Assembly (NCBI RefSeq): GCF_018350175.1
Contig: NC_058368.1
Span: forward strand, 16,060,001-16,124,000
Reading direction: 5' to 3'
DNA length: 64,000 nt
DNA from: Felis catus
Lineage: Eukaryota
Below are positions 51,941 through 64,000 of this stretch, piece after piece. The translations under genes were made by a program, and so were the position numbers. The notes below the pieces were generated by a model, which had not been told where the DNA came from, did no database searches, and worked only from the letters and a program-made list of their open reading frames with translations. Positions within the stretch are counted from its first letter, which is position 1. Each line of letters starts with the position of its first letter.

Positions 51941-54403
51941 GGGTGATTTCTTGAACCATCATTTACTCATGAAGCAATTCCTACCATGATTTTTCCTTGG
52001 CTCAGAATTTTTCTGGTATACATTTAAACTTCATAAATGTTGCTAAATGAATTATACAAATTACAGTATTATTATTGTATTATTTGTAGGGAGTGTATCA
52101 AAGCTATTCCATTGTAGGACAAAAAAGTAATTTTCACTGAAGGATGTGGACAGCAGTTTTGAACATAGTTTATAAATCGGCACCCTTCTTAGGTGCATAA
52201 TTGCCTACAGGTTTTTACCTTTTACATCGAGATCTATACAACCCAGAGATTATGGGAGGCCATGGGGGAAGTGGCTGCCTGCAGTTGAAATAGCCTTCAG
52301 TGTTAGTTACACCAAATTTCCACAGCTTGTAGCTAATGAAGTTACAGACTATAATCTGATTGACATAGATCCCTGTTTCCTATATAGCTAACATATGTTT
52401 TCTACAGGAGCATATTAACATGATTGATAATTCCTTCAGATATTATATGGAGAAACATCTGTTGATTTGATTACACATAGGGACATGCACAGGTATTAGA
52501 ATGGTTAATTTGGAATAGATCACTTGTTTTTCAACTTATTTATACAGAATTAATCTACATAAATCCTCTATATGTGAAGTTATTGTACCAAAAATATCTA
52601 GAAGAGGCAGACAGAATCAACTCCAGTTTTTTCTATGTGTGTTGTACACATAGGCAACTCAATTCTGATTGAATAGCTTTTTCCTTTGTGTGTAAAGGAG
52701 CTATTATGATTGAGTATAAATAGTGGATACCTAAGTTGCATTTTTGGTTTTTACTGAGCCAGAAGAAAACTGTTAATGTTATTAAATGATTGGTAAGTAT
52801 TGTCAAAGGATTTGGAATTTTTAAATATGGAGGAAGGCTTGAGAAAAGATGTCAACAATATTTATTTAATCTATGGAATTATTTATTTAGCAAAATTGTG
52901 AATAGGGAAAGTTTATTCTTAGAGAAAAAAACCTATTGCCTTAATTCTCCCTTTAGAGCTCCTTGCTCTCCCTCTGCCCATTTCAATGAATCAATTCTTT
53001 CTTATTTTCTGGATAGTCACCATCATCAAAATCTGTACTCAATGTATACTAAGGTGAGACACATTCATAATGGTATAAAGTTTGCTTCTTTCCAGAATAA
53101 GCCCATGTTAATAAGTGTAACCAAACTTTTTTGTGGGTTTCTTCTATGAGCTGCAGAATAAGGAGTAGTTGAAGCCAGAAATTCTAAGACTGTCCATGGA
53201 TCCAACGTCCTAAGCAATTTTCTAAAGAGCATTCCATGGTCAAATGTTTGGAAATATTATCCCTTTATTGGAATTCAAAATTCATCTTAGAATACAGACT
53301 GTGAGAAGATTTGTGAAAAAATTTCTTTAATTCTGTTTAACACAGCATTTGACAATTGTATTTGACCATGAAAGACAACTATTATTTGTTTGTTTCTGTA
53401 TCACCTATTGATGTTTATCAGACTCATTGGGTCATGGGATGCATTACTAGAAATGCTGCTTAGGGATGTGGTCCATTGTCTCTGAACTCATGTTGCCTGA
53501 CAAGTTTGTCACTTTGACATTAATGGGATAGAAAACTGTGACCAATGATTTTTTTTCCACAGAGGACAGAAAAAAATTTAGATTTACTAGTTTACCAGTA
53601 AGAAGACTTTTCTGACATTGGACGTATGTTATACTTTGAGCTCCTTATCTGGAGAAGCTCTGAAGACTTTAGAATAAAAGCATTTTTGATCTTTTTGGGC
53701 TAATGTGAAGTGCAAGATACTGTGTTGTTCTTATTGAATAAGGCCCAATAGACATGCATGAGAAGTTTCAAAGTTTATTGCAAAGAGAATTTATTTCACT
53801 GGACTTTATTCATGTTTTTAATACTCAGATAAGTACTATCTTCCCCCTCTGCATTATTTTCACCACAGCATTTACCATCATCTGATATATATTTTACTTA
53901 TTTAATTTATTGTCATGCCTCCCTTAACCGGAATATAATCTTCATAATGACAAGGGAAATTTCTTTTATTCATTGTTGTGTATCCAGCATTTAGAGTAGT
54001 GCCTGACACATAGAAGGTAAAAAAAAATAATGCTAGCTATATTTGCTAACTGGATGAAGTAGCCCTGAATTAGATATATATCTATATTTAAAGGTTTTAT
54101 CACCACACAGGTAATAGATATATTGATGACAATAGATGAAATCATCTAGGGAAGCTATATGGAATGAAATGGTAAAAATTCTTGAGTTGAAACTTTTGAG
54201 GCTCACCAACATTTACAGGGAACAGAGGAAGAAAAGTCCATATGGGCACTGAGAAGGAGAAATGAGGAGATACATGGAGAATGAAAAGAAAATGGTAGCT
54301 TCAAAATAATTGACAAGACCATCAAGAAAGAAATTGTACCAAGACTACAGAGAAATTGGGTATGAGAAACATCTCTTCTCTAAAGAGTCCTACTTAAAAA
54401 AAA

Positions 54404-54619
54404 ATTTTTTTTAATATTTATTTATTTTTGAGAGAGAGAGAGAGAGAGGGAGCGAGCATGAGTGGGGGAGGGGCAGAGAGAGGGTGACAGAATCTGCAGC
54501 AGGCTCCAGGCTCTGAGCTGTCAGCACAGAGCCCAAGGCGGGGCTCAAACTCATGAACTATGATATCATGACCTGAGCCGAAGTTGGTGGCTCAACCCAC
54601 CTAGCCACCCAGGCGCCCC
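54404..54619 (-). mobile_element. CanSINE
   Basis: TSD aagagtc(c/t)tactt. Confidence 0.95.
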
Positions 54620-55274
54620 AAGAGTCTTACTTTTAATTATCAGATTTTCTAAGATGTACGTTATACCTAATTTCATACAATTTGTACTGGTGAAGATTTT
54701 TCTGCAGCTTTTGCAACATAGTAATTATAAAGAACTTCTGATAGTCATGTTATAGTGTAACTTTTAAAAATATATAAAATGTTCTTGATTTTGGAAAACA
54801 ACATGTGATCGAGCTTACCTTTGGTGGGTGACTTTGGAAGTGAGAGAATTAAATTTTGGCATCTTTCTAGTTCTAGAGTAAGTGTGGGGGGTATATGAAA
54901 AATGGAGCTGTAGTCTCAACTCCGTGTAATCTCAAATCATGTGATATTCTCCTAGGGCCAATTCAGATCATGTTTCTGGTACCCGCTGTCATTTCCCTCG
55001 TCTTGTAAGGTGGACCCTATATGTAATGGTGACACGCGTCTGTTTTTAATAATGCAATGGGAGTTGAATTCTCTTGCTCACATGTGTAAGGCATGTCAAA
55101 CCTATTTGAGGAGACTTTTAGACCCATTGGTACTAAATTTGTAACATATTAATGAATTGGGGTATTCTGAATTTATTATGGATATTTTTTTTTTCTGGAT
55201 AACCTTTATACATCTATATTTCCTTAGTAGGTGGAATAGTGGCAGTGAAATTATTTATGCTTGCACTATATATA

Positions 55275-55375
55275 AATAATTATTTAAATAATCTCTACAC
55301 TCAGTGTGGGGCTTAAACTCACAACCTTGAGATCAAGAGCCACATCCTCTTCCAACTGAGCCAGCCAGGTGCCCC
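55275..55375 (-). mobile_element. Short CanSINE variant
   Basis: tRNA-derived head only; flanks cttg(g)cactata. Confidence 0.8.
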
Positions 55376-56436
55376 TATCTTGGCACTATATTTAGATTGA
55401 AAGTGTGGTAGTCCTTAAAGTTCAGTATGGAGGTTTCTAGGAACATATATTTCTGGTAATCTCTAAAAATATTCAGTCATTGTCTTTATAACCAATGGCA
55501 GCATGCTTGTTTTAGGAGCTGACTTCTACCTTTTTCCTAATGATTGAATTCAGTGAAATTCTAGCTTACTACTTTGTACTTCAGAATTATAGATGAGAAA
55601 AGAAAGATTGGGAGTCTATAAAACCAACCACTTTTGGTTCTGTGTACTATTTCTCTGTAACTATATAAATGTTTATATCAATTATACTTAATTTAATTAG
55701 TGTCAGTTAATCTAATTACAGAATTCGTAGTGATTTTTTTTAAAAAGGAGACTCAGAATATGACACGAAAATATAAATCCATCCTGCTATTATACTTTAC
55801 AAAGAGTAGGCTGGACTTTAATTTTGTAAAAGGAAAATGCCTTTGCCTAAAAGAGATATTTTTATTGATTGTGGATATTTTAATGTGAAATTTGGCACAA
55901 TCATCATCTTGGTATAGTGGACAGAGTTATACACTCAATTAGAATTCCTAGATTCTAACCTCTGTTCTGTCATTTATTATGTGTTTTCCCATTGACAATA
56001 TCTGGGTCTCCGTTTATATGATTTTTCTTATTCCTCTATATCTTTAGTATCTTATGATTATGAATTATCTTGATTGAATAAAAAGGAAACACATGTCCAA
56101 ATTTGGATTATGTGTACATTTGGACAGTCAGTTGAAATTGCTTCAGGTTTTTAAGAAGGATGAATAGGAGATTTTACTTTTCTTTTAATTCCAAAGAACC
56201 CTCACGGAATAAAAGATGGTCAACTCCTGTGGCAGGGAATGTAAATTTTGTTCCACCAACAGTCCAATTCTCCTGACATGTGTTTTGCTTTTGCTGTTGA
56301 GGGGCCTTTTGAAGTTTCTTGGAAGGAAGTCTCATGCTATATGGAGAGACAAGCCAGGGCAAGCAAAGTTAGTAAGAGGAATGTGGCACACACGCTTAAG
56401 GCTGCTAGTGCTGTTTGTCATTTGTTGCAAAAGACA

Positions 56437-56465
56437 GTGCTCGCTTTGGCAGCACGCATACTAAA
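56437..56465 (+). pseudogene. 3'-truncated U6 snRNA retrocopy
   Basis: gtgctcgctttggcagcacgcatactaaa matches U6 nt 1-29 with 3 mismatches, starting exactly at U6 +1. Confidence 0.8.
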
Positions 56466-57392
56466 CTTTCTTGCAAGACTGGTGAAGCTTTAGTTGCTGA
56501 GAAGTGGAGCCCAGAGTTCATCTGTTCATGGAAACATTATGCCTAGACTAGAGAATTGCTGTCACTTCAGCTATTACTTCATTTTGTGTGCTTTAAAAAT
56601 ACAGACTGTTCTTAATCATTTTTTACAGTCATTTTTATGATTGTGATCTGTGTTGGAGAACCCTGGGGAAAATAATAAGAATAATCTGAATTCTAGATTT
56701 TTGGGCACAGTTGTAAGTTTGTAGGTGTCTTTTGTTTGATAGCTTTTTTAAAAATTACTTAATTGAAAAGAAGATCAAGAGAAAACAGTGTTTCAAAAAC
56801 ATTTGCAGTTCGTGATATATGAGTCAGAAATGAGTAAGGCTAGGGATAGGTCTGTTTGATGTGCAAAACTCTATTTTAACATTACTTGAATAAAACCCCA
56901 CTCTTTGATGTAGGATATCAGGGAGTCTCACTAAATGTTTTCTGTTGAAATAGATAAGACAATTATAGGCTCTAGGCTCTGGTTCTTAGGCTAGTTTGTG
57001 TGTGAGTATAAACATGTCCTTTATCTTTTGAAACTTTTTAGAGAATACTTTCCAGATACGGTTTTTATTCATTTTAGACACTGAAAATATTAAATGTCTA
57101 ATTTTTACTCAGAGCTGTGAGAGCAGCCATGAAGAAGAAAAGTAAACTATTGAGTAAAGTTGCCTTGAAGGAATTCAGAGTCTAATTGGGAGGCAATATT
57201 AACACAGATTAAGCAAAGAGTAAACTCTACAAAATAGTGTTAAATTATGGACTATAGGAATTCTAGAACAGGAAAATACACAGAGGTCTCTACTAAAATT
57301 TCCTTTTAATTTATTTCCATTGTTGGAACATGCAACGTCTCATATAGCTAAATTTTTCAAATGATTGAAATATAGTGCTTTGAGATTTTAAA

Positions 57393-57856
57393 TTTTTTTT
57401 TCAACGTTTATTTATTTTGGGACAGAGAGAGACAGAGCATGAACGGGGGAGGGGCAGAGAGAGAGGGAGACACAGAATCGGAAACAGGCTCCAGGCTCTG
57501 AGCCATCAGCCCAGAGCCCCACGCGGGGCTCGAACTCACGGACCGCGAGATCGTGACCTGGCTGAAGTCGGACGCTTAACCGACTGCGCCACCCAGGCGC
57601 CCCAGTGCTTTGAGATTTTAATTTAAATTATATTGATGAGGTTTTTAAAAGTTTATTTATTTATTTTGAGAGAGAAAAGAGAGAGCATATGTGCAAATGG
57701 GGAGGGGCAAAGAGAGAGGAGAGAGAGAATCCCAAGCAGGTTCCTCACTGTCAGCACAGAGCCTGATATGGAGCTCGATCTCACAAAATGTGAGAACATG
57801 ACCTGAGCTGAAATCAAGAGTCAGACACTCAACCACTGGAGCCACCCAGGCACCCC
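57393..57856 (-). mobile_element. Two CanSINEs (young 57393-57603; older 57650-57856)
   Basis: TSDs agtgctttgagattttaa and tgaggtttt. Confidence 0.93.
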
Positions 57857-58594
57857 AGTGAGGTTTTAGTAAAACATACAACATAATCTTTTTCTAAATA
57901 AAAATGTTTCTTTATATTGGCATCATCATTAGGAACATAGGTTCTTTGAGATAGAAATAAACTTAGAGACAATCTGGTCTAATCCCTTCATTAGATAGTT
58001 GTGGAAACTGAATCTCAGAGAATGTTCCAAGGGAGAACAGAGGCTAGAATCTAAGCTTTACCAACTCTTGGGATTTTATTATTGTATTATATTGTACTTT
58101 TGATATTTTCTTTTGGGGTCTCTGATGTATGTAAGACTAATTTTTCCTCCAGGTAAGTGATTCTAGACTGTTATGCTTTTTATATTTTTTCTCTTCGTGT
58201 TTTGTTGTTTTTATTACTTTTTTTCACCATCATCAGCCCAACAGAAGTAATGTGTTAAGACTGTAATATGCCTGCTTTAAATGGGGAAATGGCTTCTAGC
58301 TGTCTCCAAAATAAAGCTAGTAAGTACTATGAACAAAGATGGTACCTTTTAATCCATGGATTTAGGGGGAAGTTTGGGCATGTGGCTTCCTGTTTTCCTC
58401 TCCATTCCGACTTCCACCTTCATCCTGGGTGACTTTATTAGCCATACTAATGATGGTTCCAAACTCTGGATTCCCATTGCTACTAGTGTGTACTCCATCA
58501 CTTTGACCACTTTCTTGACATTATCCTCAACAATTTTAACCTATTTTGCTTTCCTTTTCTGTAGTAAGCAACTCTTAATTAGTCCACCTGTCTC

Positions 58595-58811
58595 TTTTTT
58601 TTTTTAACGTTTATTCATTTTTGAGAGACAGAGACAGACAGAGCATGAGTGGGGGAGGGGCAGAGAGGGAGGGAGACACAGAATCTGAAGCAGGCTCCAG
58701 GCTTGGAGCTGTCAGCACAGAGACCGACCATGGGGCTTGAACTCACGAACCATGAGATCATGACCTGAGCTGAAGTTGGATGCTTAACCAACTGAGCCAC
58801 CCAGGCGCCCC
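58595..58811 (-). mobile_element. CanSINE
   Basis: TSD tccacctgtctctttt. Confidence 0.95.
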
Positions 58812-59225
58812 TCCACCTGTCTCTTTTAAGTCTCTATGAGAAAGTTATTGGTGCTGCCTTAGATTCAAAGTCTTCAAACTCATATGGCATTTTAATACTA
58901 CCAGGAATTCTTCTATATTTTCCTAGACAACTCTTTCTCTTATTTTCCACAACTTCCAAAATTCTCCCCCTTCCAAACATGTTTTTCCTCTTACTTTTGC
59001 TCTTGTTCTCAATGGGTGGTCCTGCCTCACAAAAAAAAAGAAGGCTTCAACTAAGAGCACCCTTAGTTTCCTGCCACCAACCCTGAAATCTGGTAGCATT
59101 TTCACCCTTGTTTCATTTTTTCCCTTTGGTTACCGTGCATAGTGTGAGCTAGGGATCTAATTTTATTTGAATTTTTCCATGTGAATAAATAATTATTCCA
59201 CTACCTTGTATCAATTAAGTAATTT

Positions 59226-59380
59226 TCTTCCTTCCTTCCTTCCTTCCTTCCTCCCCTCCTTCCTCCCCTCCTTCCTTCTTGCCTCCCTTCCTCCCTTCCT
59301 CCCTTCCTTCCTTCCTTCCTTCCTCCCTTCCTTCCTTCCTTCCTCCCCTCCTTCCTCATTCCCTTACTTCCTTCCTTTCT
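59226..59380. repeat. (CCTT)n polypyrimidine tract
   Basis: Direct reading. Confidence 0.95.
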
Positions 59381-61689
59381 TTTAATGTCATTAGTATATA
59401 TTTTTTTTCCTTTTAGGCCTGATCTGTTTCTGAGTTCTCTATCTGGTTAATCAGTCTATTTTTTCTCATGGTATTCATTATCACATAGCTTAATTACTAC
59501 AGCTTTTTTGTAAGTTTTGATATCTAGAAGGGCCTGAGCCTCTACACTATTCTTCAAAATGAAGAGCGTTCATTGCAGCATCCTTTGATGTAAATTTTAG
59601 AATCATATTGCTAAGTTACCTAAAAATAAGTTTTTGGGATCTTTATTGTAATAGCACTGAATTTACATATTAACTTGGGGGAGAGTTGACATCTTTATGA
59701 TATTGAGTATTCTAGTCTGTAAATATGGTATATCTCTCTATTTAGTTAGGTCTTTTTTTTTAATCTTCTCTAATAACACTGTATGTTTTTCTCCACACAA
59801 GTTTTTATAAAATTTTAAGGCTTTTTCTTGAGTGTCTTATAGATTTTGAGGCTATTTTGAATAAGAATTTTCCTACCAAAATGACCTTTCAAAAATAAAT
59901 ATCTGCTCAAAGCAAGATACTGCCTAAAATCCTTCAATGGATTCTTATTGTTCTTAGTATTAATATTTAGACTCTAATAAGACATACATGTTTCTCATAA
60001 ACTGGCTCTCATTTTTCTTCTTATCCTCAGCTTTCATGCCAGCCTTATCATTTCCTTTAAATTCCAGCCACATTTTTTTCCTTAGTTCCTCATGCCTCCT
60101 GAATCACTGACAAGTACTGTCAACTCTATATCCGAAAATTTGTATTGCAAATCCAATCACATTTTGTCATTTCCACTGCTTCCATTCTAAACCAAGCAAA
60201 CATTATCTCTGCCTTGGCTGATTATAATATCCTTTAATTGATTTTCTTATTTTTATTCTCATCTCTCTATAATCCATTTCCTACATAATAACCATTCTTT
60301 GAAAAATATAAATCAGATTATATATCTCCTCTGCTGAAAACCCTCTTTATTGTAGATCTCACTTGGTCATACATTCCAGCCCTGGCCCATTCTTTGTTCC
60401 TCAAACAAATCAAGGCCTTGTAGTTTTTGACTATTTCTTCTGCCTCAAATGTATTTTGACCCACCAAACTGTAAACAGTAGAAGAGCAGAGGCCTTTTCT
60501 GTCTTGCCCGTGGCTCTATTCCCAGCCTTCTAAGGGTTCAATAAATATTTTTGAAAAAATAAATGACTGCATTCCTTTTTGATTCCTCAAATGCATTGGG
60601 TTCTTTTTAGCTCATCTCATTATTTCTCTTTGCCTAAAACAACATCTTTCTCTGTTTCTCCCCTCACAGTCTTTCCCACCTTAGCCTAGAAACATTATCA
60701 TCTAAATATTAGTTTAGTTTCATTCCTTGGACAGCTTTCCAGGATCCCTATCTTGCTATCTTCGTCATGGAGTGATGGGAATGGGAGTTACTGTTCTGTA
60801 TCTCTGGATACCCTGCGGTATTCTGTTATATCATTATCTCTTTTGCTGGACTATAAACCCCATGTGGCAGAGGCTGCTTTTTCCCCATGGTATTTGCAGC
60901 ATGTAGCACTGTATCTTGCTCATGATATAATTACTCAACAAGTGTTTGATGAATTAACAAAAGAGTAAATGAATGACTAAATCTGATTTCAGTTCCCAGA
61001 GGCCCTTTTATTTTCATTTCTGTCTGTTATCTATCTTACAGAATAATATTAGTATTTGAAAACTAACCTTTAGAGAGCAGATTGCTCTATTTCATTTGCA
61101 GTATCTTTTATCTAGGAATCCCAGAGAAGCTTAGAAATATTATCTGAACAATGTCTATTTTTCTGACTTTGTAGTTTAACTATCCCTAATAAAGACAGAT
61201 AAGAGAGTGTTGTTGATGGGAAAAAAATAATACTTCTATAGAATTCTATGGAATTTTGAATGGGTATTTCTACAGATGCTGAGAGAAAAAAAATAATTTC
61301 TTTAGGATATGAAAATAGGTAGCCTAGGGTGGATTTTTTTAAATGGAAATCCCCCGAATCTTAGAAAGTAATTAACCCATTTATTCCTTTCTACTGCTTT
61401 TGTTAGGGACTGTGTGAACACAATTTTGGAGATATTTAACTTGAGCATAAATTATTGTATCTTCCTTTACCAATACTCTGAATCCCACTCCCTCCTATTT
61501 CAGAGGGTCATTGATTTGTGGATCATTATTTCTGTTTCCCTACCTTAAACATCTTTGTGTCTATAAGTTCCTCCTCCCAGATCATAGGCGTACTCAAAGT
61601 GCTCCCTTCTAAAACCAAATTCCATATCTGCAAATCCTACTCTGTTTTTCCTGCTCTTCTTTGCCTTCAATCTAGCTCTTTCTTTTATT

Positions 61690-64000
61690 TCTTTCTTCCA
61701 AGTCATTATACATTTTATTTATTTTTCTTGCCCTATTGCGTTAGCTAAGATTTCCAGTATGATGTTGGAGTGGTGAGAGGAGATATTCTTGCCTTGTTTC
61801 TGATCATAGCAGGAAAACATCTCATCAGTAAGTATGATGTCATCTGTAGGATTTATAAATGTTCTTTATCAAATTGAGGAAATTCCCCTTTAATCCTAGT
61901 TTGATATGAGTTTTTATCAAGAGTGTTGGATTTTGTCAAATTATTTTTCTGCATCTATTGCTAGAATTACATTATTTTTTTCTTCTTTAACCTGTTGATA
62001 TGATGGATTACATCTGTTGATTTTCAAATGTTGACACAGCCTTGCATACTATACTTGGGATAAATCCCATGTGGCCATGGTGTAATTTTTTTTAATATAT
62101 GTTGTTGGATTTGATTTGCTAATATTTTGTTGAGGCTTTTTGCATTTATGTTCGGGAGATATATTGGTTAGTAGTTTACCTTTCCTGTAATGTCTTTACT
62201 CTTGGTATTGGGGTAGTGCTGGCCTCATAGAATGAGTTAGGGAGTATTCCCTCTGCTTCTATTTTTTGGAAGAGATTGTAGAGAATTGTTGTAACTTTCT
62301 TATTAAATGTTTGGTAGAATTCATCTGTGAGCCCATCAGGGCCTAATGCTTTTTGTTTTGAAATGTTATTAATAATTGATTCAATTTCTTTAATAGATAT
62401 GGGCCTATTGAGATTGTCTATTTATTTCTGTGTAAGTTTTGGTAGATTTTTGGGGCACCTGGGTGGCTCAGTTGGTTAAGCGTCTGACTTCACTCAGGTC
62501 ATGATCTCACAGCTCATGAGTATGAGCCCGCTTAGGGCTCTGGGTTGACAGTTCAAAGCCTGGACCCTGCTTCAGCCTGTGTCTCCCTTTTCTCTGCCCC
62601 TCACTGGATTGTGCTCTTTTTCTCTCAAAAATAAATAAACATTAAAACAAATTTATAAAAAATTTTTTTGGTAGTTTTTTTTTCAGGGATTAATCTCTTT
62701 CATCTTGGTTATTAAATTGGTGGGTATGAAGTTGTGCATACTGTTCCTTTATTATTCTTTTAATGTCCATAAGATCTCTCATTATGTCCCTTCTTTCTGA
62801 TGTTAGTAATTTGTGTTTTCTCTCTGTTTCTGTTAGTTAACCTGGCTAGAGGTTCATCAATTTTATTAGTCTTTCCAAAGAAGTCACTTTTAGTTTTGTT
62901 GACCTCCATTGGTTTCTGTTTTCAATCTCATTGATTTCTGCTCTAATTTTTATTATATATTTTCTTCTGCTTACTTTGTATTTAATTAGCTCTTCTTTTT
63001 ATAGCTCATTAATGTAGAAGTTTATGTTATTGATTTTGGATTTTTCTTCTTTTTAATATATGCATTAAATGCTATAAATATCCCTCCAGTCTCTGTTTTT
63101 GCTACATCCCACAAATGTTGATAAGTTCTATTTGCATTTAAATTTAATTCAAAATTTTGTTAAATGTCTCTTGAGACTGCTTATTTGACCACTCTATAGT
63201 TTTTTTTTAATTTATTCTAGATATATATAGAGAGACCATGAGGGAGAGAGAGAAACTTAAGCAGACCCCACATTCAGCATGGAGCCTGATGCAGGGCTCG
63301 ACCCCACAACCGTGGGATCATGACCTGAGAAAAAATCAAGAGTTGGATGATCAACCAATTGAGCCACTCAGGATCCCCAACCCATGTGTTATTTAGAAGT
63401 GTGTTGTTTAATCTCCAAGTATTTTGGGATTATCCAACTATCTATATTGACTTGTAGTCTAATTACATTGTTGTCTGAAAGCCAACTTTGGATAACTCCC
63501 ATTCTTTTAAATTTGTTTCACTAAAACTCATTGTGTTTATGACCCAGAATGTGGCTTGTCTTGGTTCCCCTGCTTATTCTGCTATTGTTGGGTGTCACTT
63601 AGATGTCAATTACATCCAGATGATTGATGTTGCTTTTTAGTTCAGCTGTCTTTACAGAATTTTTGCCTGCTGGATCTGTCAGTTACTGAGAGTGTTGAAG
63701 TCTCCAACTAGAAAGTAGATTAATCTTTCTCCTTGAAATTTTATCAGTTTTTATTGATACTGTTTTGTTAGACCATATATATTAAGGATTGTTAATTTTC
63801 TTAGGGAAGTGACCCTGTTATCATTATGTAATTCCTCTCTGTATCCATATAATTTGCCTTGATCTGAGTCTTTTTGTCTACCATTTATATAGATACTCCA
63901 GCTTTCTTTGACTAGTCTTATCATGGTATATATCTCCTCATTCCTTTAGTTTTAATTTATCTGTTGCTTAAAATTTAAAGTAGCCTTCTGGGGTGCCTAG
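61690..64000 (-). mobile_element. Older L1 ORF2 region with nested CanSINEs (+62452-62660, -63200-63378, + from 63990)
   Basis: Antisense L1 ORF2 text parallel to 38.3-40.4 kb; runs off the window end. Confidence 0.88.

Noticed and set aside
53563..53597. + strand exon candidate
   Set aside because: Lies in what looks like an ancient L3/CR1-type remnant; no product support.
56197..56240. + strand exon candidate (NPHGIKDGQLLWQG / PSRNKRWSTPVAGN)
   Set aside because: Weak donor and no recognised protein; cannot be supported without transcripts.
1..64000. tRNA, rRNA, CRISPR arrays, known miRNA hairpins, CpG-island promoter
   Set aside because: None seen; the tRNA-like A/B boxes belong to CanSINE heads.

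Overview
Mammalian genomic DNA, almost certainly felid (abundant CanSINE/SINEC_Fc-type tRNA SINEs and a young cat-type L1). The window is AT-rich and repeat-dense, and I found no intact protein-coding gene. Repeats include several minus-strand L1s, about 25 CanSINEs, a decayed ERV-L pol fragment, two solo LTRs with target-site duplications, hAT MITEs and a 5' U6 fragment. The main signal lies in the unique sequence between the repeats: about 17 minus-strand segments bounded by AG/GT splice signals, from ~51.1 kb down to ~2.8 kb. In colinear order they translate into decayed CCP/sushi-like and C-type-lectin-like modules, a hormone-receptor (HRM) motif, a GAIN/GPS region, class-B2 7TM motifs (TM7 'FQVLFIWAFHC') and a terminal exon followed by AATAAA. 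I read this as an intron-containing fossil of an adhesion-GPCR-like gene whose domain architecture matches none of the known human adhesion GPCRs. This call comes from manual motif reading across stops and frameshifts and needs HMM/tBLASTn confirmation. No + strand exon could be supported, though the L1 orientation bias hints that the window lies in an intron of a + strand host gene.
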